Of a stretch of DNA of 64,000 bases, positions 35,824 to 44,314 are shown in pieces; positions within the stretch are counted from its first letter, which is position 1, and each line of letters starts with the position of its first letter. The position numbers and the translations under genes were made by a program. Under the pieces are notes generated by a model. The model was not told the origin of the DNA and did not search any database. It was given only the letters and a program-made list of their open reading frames with translations. The stretch is from Flavobacterium sp. (lineage in GTDB: Bacteria; Bacteroidota; Bacteroidia; Flavobacteriales; Flavobacteriaceae): NCBI GenBank assembly GCA_036399795.1, contig DASWML010000001.1, positions 42,712-106,711 of the forward strand, given 5' to 3'.

Positions 35824-38148
35824 TCAGCCGATAACATCAAGTTTCGCGAAACGCAACAGGAGTTTCTTGATGCCGCCGACTTCAAATTTTATTTCTGCTT
35901 TTTTATCGCCGCCACTACCTTCAACACTCAATATCTCGCCTTTCCCGAACCGTTCGTGCATCACGATGTTGCCAACTGAAAGGGATTTGCTGTCGAAAAG
36001 GTCGCCGCTACTGCCTGGACGGCTGCTGACAGGCTTCAGTTTTCTTATTACAGATGTAGGTTCTTCACCGTATTTCTTCGGTGGCGTTCCGTTGACGGGT
36101 TTTGCCAGCCTTAATTTCGATTTATCGACATCGCCAAAAATATCATTGTCGATCATCGGCTTGTAACGATAATTCGTTTCTTCAGGTGTGATGTATTCAA
36201 GATACTGGCCGTCGATCTCATTGATAAATCGAGAAGGCTCACTGTCTGTCAGTTTTCCCCAACGGTAACGCGACTGCGCATAAGTAAGATAAGCCTGGTG
36301 TTCGGCGCGGGTCAGGGCAACGTAAAACAGCCTGCGTTCTTCCTCAAGTTCACTCCGCGTGCTCATGCTCATCGCACTCGGGAAAAGGTCTTCTTCCATC
36401 CCGACGACAAATACATACGGAAATTCGAGTCCTTTCGCCAGGTGAATTGTCATCATCGCCACGCGGTCGTCGTCGCCGGTATCTTTATCGAGATCGGTTG
36501 CGAGCGCCACATCTTCCAAAAACTCAGAAAGTGAGCCCCGGGCATCGACAACTTCTTTTTGACCTTCAGTAAAGTCGCGGATACCATTCAACAATTCCTC
36601 TATATTTTCTATACGCGCAATTCCTTCAGGTGTCGCGTCTTTCTTCAGTTCCTGTACAAGCCCGGTTTTCTTGGTGACATAATCGGCAATGTAAAAAGCA
36701 TCATGGTTTTCATTGATCACCTGGAAACTTTTGATCATCGTCACAAAATCCTTGAGTTTGTTCCGCGTGGGCGCATTCAGCTTCAGGTCGATGTTATCGA
36801 TGTGTTCCATCACTTCAAAAATGGAACGCTTATAATGATGGGCAGCGATGTTCAGTTTATCGACCGTCGTATCCCCGATGCCCCGCGCCGGATAATTGAT
36901 CACACGAATCAGCGCTTCCTCATCTTTCGGGTTGATTACAAGCCTGAGATAACAAAGCACATCCTTGATCTCTTTGCGTTGGTAGAATGAGAGTCCGCCA
37001 TAAATCCTATAGGGAATATCGCGTTTCCGCAAAGCATCTTCCATCGCCCGTGATTGCGCGTTGGTCCGATAGAGAATTGCGAAATCGCCGTTCTTCATCT
37101 GGTTGCGCATCTTTTCTTCCCAGATGGTGCCGGCCACAAAACGTCCTTCTTCGGCATCGGTGATGCTTCTGTTGATTTTAATCCGCGGACCGTCATCATT
37201 GGCCGTCCATACGACTTTATCCAGTTTGGTTTTATTCTTTTCGATAATTGAATTCGCCGCTTCAACAATATTTTTTGTCGAACGGTAATTCTGCTCCAGC
37301 CGGTACATCTGCACGTTATCGTAATCTTTCTGGAAGTTCAGGATGTTGTTGATGTTGGCACCGCGAAAAGCATATATACTCTGCGCATCGTCGCCTACCA
37401 CACAAATATTCTGAAACCTGTCAGACAATGCGCGGACAATCAAATACTGTGAATGATTGGTATCCTGGTACTCATCGACCAGAATGTATTTAAAACGGTG
37501 CTGGTATTTTGCAAGTACGTCAGGAAAGCGGTTAAGCAGCTCGTTGGTCTTCAGCAAAAGGTCGTCAAAATCCATTGCCCCGGCCTTGAAACAACGATCA
37601 ACGTAATTCGCGTAAATTTCGCCCAGACGCGGTTTTTTCGACATTGCGTCGGCTTCCTGCAATTCAGGATCGTTGAAATAAGCTTTGACGGTAATGAGGT
37701 TGTTCTTGTAGGACGAAATACGCCCGAATACCTGTTTGGGTTTATAAACGTCCTTGTCGAGCTGCATTTCCTTGATGATAGCAGAAATAAGCCTGACAGA
37801 ATCCTGCGTATCGTAAATGGTAAAGTTGGAAGGATAGCCCAGTTTATCGGCTTCTGCGCGAAGAATCCTTGCAAAGACGGAGTGGAAAGTTCCCATCCAG
37901 AGGTTTTTAGCTTCTGTCGAACCAACGATGTCGGATATCCGGTTTTTCATTTCCCGCGCTGCCTTGTTGGTAAATGTCAGCGCAAGGATATTAAACGGAT
38001 CCACGCCCTGGCTCATGAGATAAGCGATGCGGATGGTTAAAACGCGGGTTTTGCCTGAACCTGCGCCGGCAATGATGATCATCGGCCCGTCTTTCTGCAG
38101 AACCGGTTTCTGCTGCGCGTCATTTAACTGGCTGATATATTTTTGCAT
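35824..38148 (-). CDS. uvrD: UvrD/PcrA-type ATP-dependent DNA helicase
   Basis: Walker A is AGAGSGKT, motif II is VDEYQDTN, and TFHSVF, TIHLAKGLEFP and a C-terminal Tudor-like tail are present. The start was trimmed to the ATG at 38148, 18 nt after a -7 box. Confidence 0.9.
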   Translation of the reverse strand: MQKYISQLNDAQQKPVLQKDGPMIIIAGAGSGKTRVLTIRIAYLMSQGVDPFNILALTFTNKAAREMKNRISDIVGSTEAKNLWMGTFHSVFARILRAEADKLGYPSNFTIYDTQDSVRLISAIIKEMQLDKDVYKPKQVFGRISSYKNNLITVKAYFNDPELQEADAMSKKPRLGEIYANYVDRCFKAGAMDFDDLLLKTNELLNRFPDVLAKYQHRFKYILVDEYQDTNHSQYLIVRALSDRFQNICVVGDDAQSIYAFRGANINNILNFQKDYDNVQMYRLEQNYRSTKNIVEAANSIIEKNKTKLDKVVWTANDDGPRIKINRSITDAEEGRFVAGTIWEEKMRNQMKNGDFAILYRTNAQSRAMEDALRKRDIPYRIYGGLSFYQRKEIKDVLCYLRLVINPKDEEALIRVINYPARGIGDTTVDKLNIAAHHYKRSIFEVMEHIDNIDLKLNAPTRNKLKDFVTMIKSFQVINENHDAFYIADYVTKKTGLVQELKKDATPEGIARIENIEELLNGIRDFTEGQKEVVDARGSLSEFLEDVALATDLDKDTGDDDRVAMMTIHLAKGLEFPYVFVVGMEEDLFPSAMSMSTRSELEEERRLFYVALTRAEHQAYLTYAQSRYRWGKLTDSEPSRFINEIDGQYLEYITPEETNYRYKPMIDNDIFGDVDKSKLRLAKPVNGTPPKKYGEEPTSVIRKLKPVSSRPGSSGDLFDSKSLSVGNIVMHERFGKGEILSVEGSGGDKKAEIKFEVGGIKKLLLRFAKLDVIG

Positions 38149-38165
38149 ACGAATTTCTGAAACGC

Positions 38166-38173
38166 CAAAAGTA
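38166..38173 (-). promoter_or_regulatory. -7 promoter box TACTTTTG for the helicase gene
   Basis: An exact TAnnTTTG match on the minus strand lies 18 nt upstream of the ATG at 38148. Confidence 0.45.
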
Positions 38174-38238
38174 CGTATTTCACAAGGAAGTTTAAAGCTA
38201 TTTTTAGTTAATGCTGAAGTGCATTTTACGCGCATTTG

Positions 38239-39449
38239 TCAATTGGTTGCAGCAGGCGCAGGCGCTTCGGCCGACTCCTTTTCGAGGTTTTTGATGACAT
38301 TTTCCTCTTCATCAGTAAGAACCATCGCATTGCTGTTTTTCCAGAACGGCGCGCTGTAGTGATTGCCGCGGCCATAAAGGCTTTTCTCTTTATAAACCTT
38401 CGACTTGTCATACGGCGATCCGCTGCTGTAATTGTTCACTACCAGGTCGTATTTTGATTCGATTAAATCATCGAGCCCGCGCCGCCTGTTGAAAATTTTG
38501 ATTGCAACCGAGGCTTTATTGTAAAATGCGACATAGTTGTTTCCCTGCATCCGGTATGATGCCTTCATTGATTGCTCAAGGAACGAAATCTTAAAACCGA
38601 ACAAGCTCATTGTGAATGCATATTTCATGTGTGACTGCGCCGAGGCAACAACGATATCGTAAATGAGGTTGCTTGCCGGATCGTATACAACGCTTCCGCT
38701 AAACAGCGGCTTTTCTACATCGGCCTTAGGATTGAACCCGATAACGTACATTTCTTTACCTGCGGCATTCTTTTTTGACTTCAGGGTGATGTCATAATAC
38801 TTATAGTTTTTTCCTTTCAACAATATAGCGCTGAGGTAAGTAAAGTCGTAATTCCGCGTGATTCTTTCCCGCACATCGAGAAATGAATCGGGATCGAAAT
38901 CTTCGTTTTCCATCGCAATGCGGGCGGCGCGGCTTTCACGGACGATCAGGTCGGTTTTGGTTTTCTTTGTGGTTCCCGTAGTGTGGTAGTCGAGCAGCCC
39001 GTCAGAGAATTTGGTGTACTTGCCGTTCTGTTTTACGAACTCGCGGTAGTATGTGTTCAGGACAATCGGTTTGTTGAACCTAGCCTTTGACGTGTTGATG
39101 ATTTTTTCAATCGTTTTTTCTATCGGAATGTTGGTGACTATTACTTCTTCGATCTCAAGCTCGTCCGGTTGCATGCTGATGTTCCTGACCGCACCTGAAA
39201 AATCAGAAACCGGCAAAACTATTTTTTTATATCCAGGCAGTATATGGCGATGTTTTGGTTCTTATCGGCGACAAGCTGGAAATCGCCTTCTTCATTTGCG
39301 ACAGTGCCAACGGCCGTATTCAAAACCGCAATCGATGCTGCGTATACGGGTTCTTTGGTGGCGGCATCTTCAAGATGACCCAGAACGGTCACCTGTTGCG
39401 CAAAAGAGTTCACAGAGAGCAGGACGAAAAGCAGGAAAAATTTTTTCAT
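38239..39449 (-). pseudogene. carboxypeptidase-regulatory-like (CarboxypepD_reg) domain protein, split by a frame break in an A7 run (39222-39228)
   Basis: The 5' ORF (signal peptide MKKFFLLFVLLSVNSFAQ plus the start of the CarboxypepD_reg fold) stops at a TAG immediately after A_AAA_AAA. The 325-codon continuation is open in the -1 frame through the same A run. One extra A, or a -1 slip, gives ...IYCLDIKKIVLPVSDFSG..., a normal single protein. Confidence 0.7.
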
Positions 39450-39552
39450 AAGGCTGTAAGTTGCAGCCAATTTAACAGAAATAGCGTACAATGCTGATGT
39501 TTTTTTAGATAAATATTATGTGTACGCTGTTTTCCTGTATAAGTTTTAAATC

Positions 39553-39560
39553 TAATTTTG
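39553..39560 (+). promoter_or_regulatory. -7 promoter box TAATTTTG
   Basis: An exact match lies 13 nt upstream of the ATG at 39573. It overlaps the ORF-track TTG start at 39558, which argues against that start. Confidence 0.45.
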
Positions 39561-39572
39561 CAAAAAAAATAT

Positions 39573-40094
39573 ATGGATACCGACAAAATTCTCGAACTGC
39601 TTTTCTATACGCTGCCTGCATTGGTCACAGGAGCCGTTGCTTTCTCTTTTTTTCAATCGTTCGTACAGAATGAAGACAGCCGGAGAAAATTCCTCCTGAT
39701 GAAGGAGAACCAGAAGATTGCCTTACCATTGCGGTTGCAGGCCTATGAACGCATGACACTTTTCCTCGAACGCATAGACCCAACAAAACTGCTTACCAGG
39801 CTTGCGCCCTATTCTCACGACAAGCACGAATATGAAAATTATATCATTGGGCAGATCGAGCAGGAATTCGAACACAATTATTCACAGCAGATCTATATGA
39901 GCCATGAATGCTGGAGCATTATTATGACGGCAAAAAATGCAACCATACAAATGATCAGGAAGGCCAATATGAATGAAAAGATCGAATCTGCCGACAGGTT
40001 GCGCGAAACCATACTAGGCGAATTGTTTGATAAGTCTACGCCCAGCAGCGCCGCACTGGCTTACGTAAAAAATGAAGTAAAAGATTTTCTATAA
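39573..40094 (+). CDS. hypothetical protein with one N-terminal TM helix (174 aa)
   Basis: It is a clean ORF (MDTDKILELLFYTLPALVTGAVAFSFF...) followed by a strong terminator. No family was recognised. Confidence 0.65.
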   Translation: MDTDKILELLFYTLPALVTGAVAFSFFQSFVQNEDSRRKFLLMKENQKIALPLRLQAYERMTLFLERIDPTKLLTRLAPYSHDKHEYENYIIGQIEQEFEHNYSQQIYMSHECWSIIMTAKNATIQMIRKANMNEKIESADRLRETILGELFDKSTPSSAALAYVKNEVKDFL

Positions 40095-40100
40095 AAAAAA

Positions 40101-40115
40101 GCCTCCATTGGAGGC
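40101..40115. terminator. bidirectional intrinsic terminator GCCTCC-ATT-GGAGGC flanked by A8 and T8
   Basis: A perfect 6-bp stem (3-nt loop) sits between convergent genes, with T runs on both strands. Confidence 0.75.
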
Positions 40116-40121
40116 TTTTTT

Positions 40122-40472
40122 TTAATTATCGCGTATTGCGTGTACCGTCCCCGTTATGGTATGTGTGCCGGTAGGATCACTATACGTTCCGCTGAAGGTC
40201 ATATCAACATACTCGCCAACATCGCCATAGTTGATGATGACAAATTGAACATCATTCTGAATATTTCCGCCTACCCAAATGCCGCTTCCTTCGATAGTAA
40301 AGGCAGGCGTTGCATAGGTGCCGGGCGTATTTTCGGTGCCGCCCACATAAAGAGCTTGCTGTTCTTGATTGACGGCAAAGGCATAAAGCCCGGTTCCATC
40401 TTCTGAAGAGACGCCAACGTTGGCGAACAAGGTCACCACCGGCTGATCATCAAGTTGATAACTGATATTCAT
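40122..40472 (-). CDS. hypothetical 116-aa protein, or detached C-terminal module of the upstream lipoprotein
   Basis: The ATG ORF overlaps the 3' end of the 470-aa gene by 23 nt in the +1 frame. Its N-terminus NISYQLDDQPVV echoes SISYQYDSPEVFV near the end of the upstream protein. Confidence 0.5.
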   Translation of the reverse strand: MNISYQLDDQPVVTLFANVGVSSEDGTGLYAFAVNQEQQALYVGGTENTPGTYATPAFTIEGSGIWVGGNIQNDVQFVIINYGDVGEYVDMTFSGTYSDPTGTHTITGTVHAIRDN

Positions 40473-41862
40473 CGACCGCTGTACATGCAGGCAGGTTGCC
40501 TACAAACACTTCCGGTGAATCATATTGGTACGAAATGCTGTCAGTTACCTGCAGGTTTTCGAAATCAACGCCCTGAAGCGTAAAAGTTGCGTTCGGACTA
40601 CAACTTAAAGCTGAAAAGGAAAATGAGCCGTTGGTGACTTCTGCAACTTGAAAATCCGCTCCTGAAATCAGGGAAACATATCCATTGGTCACGCCTGAAT
40701 TGTCACATTGTACAAGAGTGCCACTAATCGTAGTGCTAAAAACCGGGCCTGAAGGAGATACGACAATATCCGGTAATGTAGTGTTGGCTGAAAAAGGGCC
40801 GATCTGCATTGTGTGTAAAATGGTTCCTGAACACACACCTGTTCCCAAAACGTTAAGCGTAAGCGTTACATTTGAAGGAACCATGCCTGATACGAAGCCG
40901 TCTAAGTTTGTCCATCCGCTTAATCCGTTCATCGTGTAACTCGTAAGCTGCACGATCATGTTCGACAAGGGGTTTCCGTTGGTATCCATAAGATGAACAG
41001 TCAGTGAAACCGTTGGAAACGGCGCGTCGCAGTTCCACCAAGAAAAATGCGAAACTTCCCCAACGTACTTATTTCCTGTTTTTGTAGCCATCCCGTCTTC
41101 TTTCCAATAGCCTGATTGTTCGTCGAAGTGCCAGAGCGGAATTGTTGATGGAGATGATGCCATTTGTGAGGGATCGATCAACATTTCAATTTCAGCCGTA
41201 TGGCCTTGCGCAATCTGAAGTTTTTGTCCGCCGCTGCCACGTAATTCCACATTCATCATTCCAAAAGTCTGGAGAATGCGTTCGTTGTTGTCTTGATCAG
41301 CGGCATAGAGCATTCCGGGCATTAGTTCGGATAAATTGGCATTTGAAGGTAAAAGGTGAAACATTGAAACAGCGACATTGCCTGAATATGCGTTTCCGTT
41401 CTCATCTTCGAATGCACCGTCAAAAACGACTTTCGTTCCTGAAGGCAGCGAAACTTCACTTGAAGCTCCGGAGGCTATTGTCGCAATCGGAGTTGATGGT
41501 ATCATCATGATCCTGACCTGGTTGCGTCCGGATGTCGGAACCATTGCGCGCGATCCGTCAATGAACCCGGCTTTAGTGGCTGTGATGTACGCAAATCGCT
41601 GATAAACATTGGCGCCATCGATCATAAATACGCCGTTTGCATCGGTCGTAGCGGTTGAAGTGCCGATTTTGATGTTCACGCCCTGAAGCGCATCGCCATT
41701 GATATCGACTACCCGGCCCATAAAGTCACGGGAAACTTCACTGCCAAAATTCTCCTGAAAATTGTCGTTGTTGTTGTTATTGTTGTTGTCATTGTCATTC
41801 GGGTCGCAGCTTGTGAAAGCCAGGAATAACAGAAGTAATGTAAGAAAATGTAACTTTTTCAT
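40450..41862 (-). CDS. lipoprotein with carboxypeptidase-regulatory-like domain and Asn/Asp-rich linker
   Basis: The lipobox is AFTSC-D, followed by the low-complexity tract PNDNDNNNNNNNDN. The CarboxypepD_reg-like segment is RVVDINGDALQGVNIKIGTSTATTDANGVFMI. Confidence 0.75.
   Translation of the reverse strand: MKKLHFLTLLLLFLAFTSCDPNDNDNNNNNNNDNFQENFGSEVSRDFMGRVVDINGDALQGVNIKIGTSTATTDANGVFMIDGANVYQRFAYITATKAGFIDGSRAMVPTSGRNQVRIMMIPSTPIATIASGASSEVSLPSGTKVVFDGAFEDENGNAYSGNVAVSMFHLLPSNANLSELMPGMLYAADQDNNERILQTFGMMNVELRGSGGQKLQIAQGHTAEIEMLIDPSQMASSPSTIPLWHFDEQSGYWKEDGMATKTGNKYVGEVSHFSWWNCDAPFPTVSLTVHLMDTNGNPLSNMIVQLTSYTMNGLSGWTNLDGFVSGMVPSNVTLTLNVLGTGVCSGTILHTMQIGPFSANTTLPDIVVSPSGPVFSTTISGTLVQCDNSGVTNGYVSLISGADFQVAEVTNGSFSFSALSCSPNATFTLQGVDFENLQVTDSISYQYDSPEVFVGNLPACTAVDEYQLST
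41761..41799 (-). repeat. imperfect AAC/AAT/GAC trinucleotide tract encoding NDNDNNNNNNNDN
   Basis: The plus-strand sequence reads (GTT/ATT/GTC)n. The tract is in frame within the lipoprotein gene. Confidence 0.8.
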
Positions 41863-42150
41863 GTGATTAGTTTTATTTATTGTTAGCGACTATACTAATT
41901 GAAGCATGGACACAACCGGAATATGATATAATTTGAAGCATTTCCGGATACATACATCCCTTTCCTATTATTTTAAAAGATGAAGATAATATTAATTTAG
42001 CTCTAAAGCTATATCAACGAGAATCTTACGGAGATCAATTAGAATTCGCTTGTTTGAACCATACTTTTCAGCGTCAGACGACTATAAAGAATTAAGAAAG
42101 CAATAGAACTTACACCGTTCAACATACCTGAAAAATAACGTAGTTTGCTT

Positions 42151-44223
42151 TTACTTTTCAGTAAGCAAGCGCTCGAGTTGTGTTTTTTCAGCTTCAGGCA
42201 GTGTGACAGCCAGCTTCACGTAAAATTCGCGATGCACGGGCTTTTTAATCAGATCGCGAATCTTCTCCCGGGCAAATTTCGAAAACTGCCACTTGTGGTG
42301 TGTAAGCGGACTCACCAGCAGCGGAAGCACATTCGTATCGTTGGAATTGATGTATAAAAGATTTTCCAGCGCATTCTGCCGAATCGAAGCCTCATACCGA
42401 GGTGAAGCATATTGTAAAAGTTCATCGTAAAACTTTACTTTATCGGAAGGCCGGTAATCTTTTGTGATCAAGGCAAGTGTAAGCCATTGAAGCCTCAAGT
42501 TCAGGTCGTTGAAGCCACGAGCCTGCTGCATTTTATCAAGTAATTCATGTTGGTTTTCGGGAAATTGCTGCCATAAATTCCCCAATGCCATTTCCTGTGT
42601 GATGTATGAGTTGTCGTCAAGCAGCGACTTGTAAATTCCATAGAATGACGCAGGAATTTTTGGCACCGACTGTGCCACGGCCTGCCGCACCATTACATCA
42701 TTGGTGTTCATTGCTAGCTTTAGCAACGCTTCTTTTTCTTCAAACGCTGTATTCCTGGTCTGATAAATAATTTCTTCCTTAATCGGATAATAAACATCCG
42801 AAACGAGAAGTCTTGAAAATGCTTCCTGTTTTTGCGACAGCGGCTGCTTTTCCATATCAAGTACATCGAGATATTGCTTCATAAACGGATTTTTCTTCAG
42901 CATTGTCAGTGCTTCATGTACCTCAAATCCGGGTTTTTCAAGCCATCTTTGGCGGAAAGAATCAATGTCGTAATCGGATACTTTTTTAACTTCTGCCAGG
43001 AAATCTTCAGTTGTGACATTCCTGAATCCATATTTCTGAAGATAATTTTTCACCATGACACGAAATTTTTCAGCTCCAACGCCTTCACGAAGCACATGAA
43101 GCGCCCAGGCTCCTTTCTGGTAGAATGTGAGCGCACTCGCTTTTTCATTCAGCACTGCAACAGAATCGGTTTTCGCCGCCTGCTGCAGGTTTCCCGCCAT
43201 TTCATACAACTTCCAGTTGAAATGATCTTCACCAAAAATCTCTTTTTCAGCAAGTAGCGCATAATAGGTTGCAAAGCCTTCCTGCAGCCAGTGATGTTTC
43301 CCCGAAGCAGCAGTAACCATATCGCCGAACCATTGGTGTGCGAGTTCATGCGCATTCACGTTGATGTAATTTTTGTCGGTAAATCCGATTTCATCAACAA
43401 CAAAATCCTGGGCAAAAATGGTGGCTGTGGTATTTTCCATCCCTGCATAAAGAAAATCCTGCACCGGAACCTGTTTGTATATTTCCCACGGATAATTGAC
43501 ACCAATTTCCCTTTCAAGAAAGTCAAAGATTCTTTTTGAATGTTTGTATGTTGTGGCAAATTTGGCTTCATCTTCCGGGCGGTAATACATCTGAAGCGGA
43601 ATTCCCGAAGCTGCTTTTTCTGTTTTACTGCTGAATTTCCCAATGGCAAGCATCACGAGATAGGAACTCATCGGTTTTTTCATCTCGTATTTCCACAATG
43701 CATTTTCACCTGAAGTTTTTTTGCTTTGCAGTCGTCCGTTTGAGATCACATCAAAATCTTTATCGAACGTGGCCGAAATATTAAAAACCACCTTCTCATT
43801 TACATCATTGAAACTCGGCAGCCAATAACTTGTATTCTTGCCCTGACCTTGTGTCCATATTTGAAGACTCTCACCGCTTCCTGTAAAATACATTGTTTGT
43901 TTTGGTTTTGCCGAATAAGTAAAAGCCAGTGTATTTTTGCCTTTACGGAAACCTTCAAAAAGCTTTAATTCAACAGCAGTTGTCACAAATTTCACATTCT
44001 TGCCATTTATAGTTACGTCAGAAAACGTCATATTTATCGCGTCGACTTTGATCGTATCAATAGATTTGGCAACTTCAAACTCATAGATTGCCTTTCCGCT
44101 GACGGTCTTTGTTGAAGGATCAATCATAATTGACGCATCAGCTTTTTTAAAATCTACCAATGCGATACTTTGCGGAAAAGCAACTGAAGACAGGAAAAAA
44201 GTAATAAGAGGTATAAATTTCAT
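42151..44223 (-). CDS. M1-family zinc aminopeptidase (aminopeptidase N-like), secreted
   Basis: GAMEN-like YAGMENT, HELAHQWFGD and WLQEGFATY (gluzincin HExxH-E) are present. The signal peptide is MKFIPLITFFLSSVAFPQS. The start was trimmed to the ATG at 44223. Confidence 0.9.
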   Translation of the reverse strand: MKFIPLITFFLSSVAFPQSIALVDFKKADASIMIDPSTKTVSGKAIYEFEVAKSIDTIKVDAINMTFSDVTINGKNVKFVTTAVELKLFEGFRKGKNTLAFTYSAKPKQTMYFTGSGESLQIWTQGQGKNTSYWLPSFNDVNEKVVFNISATFDKDFDVISNGRLQSKKTSGENALWKYEMKKPMSSYLVMLAIGKFSSKTEKAASGIPLQMYYRPEDEAKFATTYKHSKRIFDFLEREIGVNYPWEIYKQVPVQDFLYAGMENTTATIFAQDFVVDEIGFTDKNYINVNAHELAHQWFGDMVTAASGKHHWLQEGFATYYALLAEKEIFGEDHFNWKLYEMAGNLQQAAKTDSVAVLNEKASALTFYQKGAWALHVLREGVGAEKFRVMVKNYLQKYGFRNVTTEDFLAEVKKVSDYDIDSFRQRWLEKPGFEVHEALTMLKKNPFMKQYLDVLDMEKQPLSQKQEAFSRLLVSDVYYPIKEEIIYQTRNTAFEEKEALLKLAMNTNDVMVRQAVAQSVPKIPASFYGIYKSLLDDNSYITQEMALGNLWQQFPENQHELLDKMQQARGFNDLNLRLQWLTLALITKDYRPSDKVKFYDELLQYASPRYEASIRQNALENLLYINSNDTNVLPLLVSPLTHHKWQFSKFAREKIRDLIKKPVHREFYVKLAVTLPEAEKTQLERLLTEK

Positions 44224-44241
44224 GCGTTTTGCGGATTTTTC

Positions 44242-44249
44242 CAAAGTTA
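44242..44249 (-). promoter_or_regulatory. -7 promoter box TAACTTTG for the aminopeptidase gene
   Basis: An exact match on the minus strand lies 19 nt upstream of the ATG at 44223. Confidence 0.45.
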
Positions 44250-44314
44250 CACGCTCGCTTAAGATTTTTGCTTTAAAAAATTTAAAAATATTATCTTCGG
44301 ACACCTAAAATATT

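Noticed and set aside
35824-38148. UvrD-family helicase as part of a Gabija-like or other defence system
   Set aside because: It has the full housekeeping UvrD/PcrA motif set and length. Its neighbours are tsaC and a CarboxypepD_reg-like gene. No OLD/TOPRIM ATPase, nuclease or other defence partner is adjacent.
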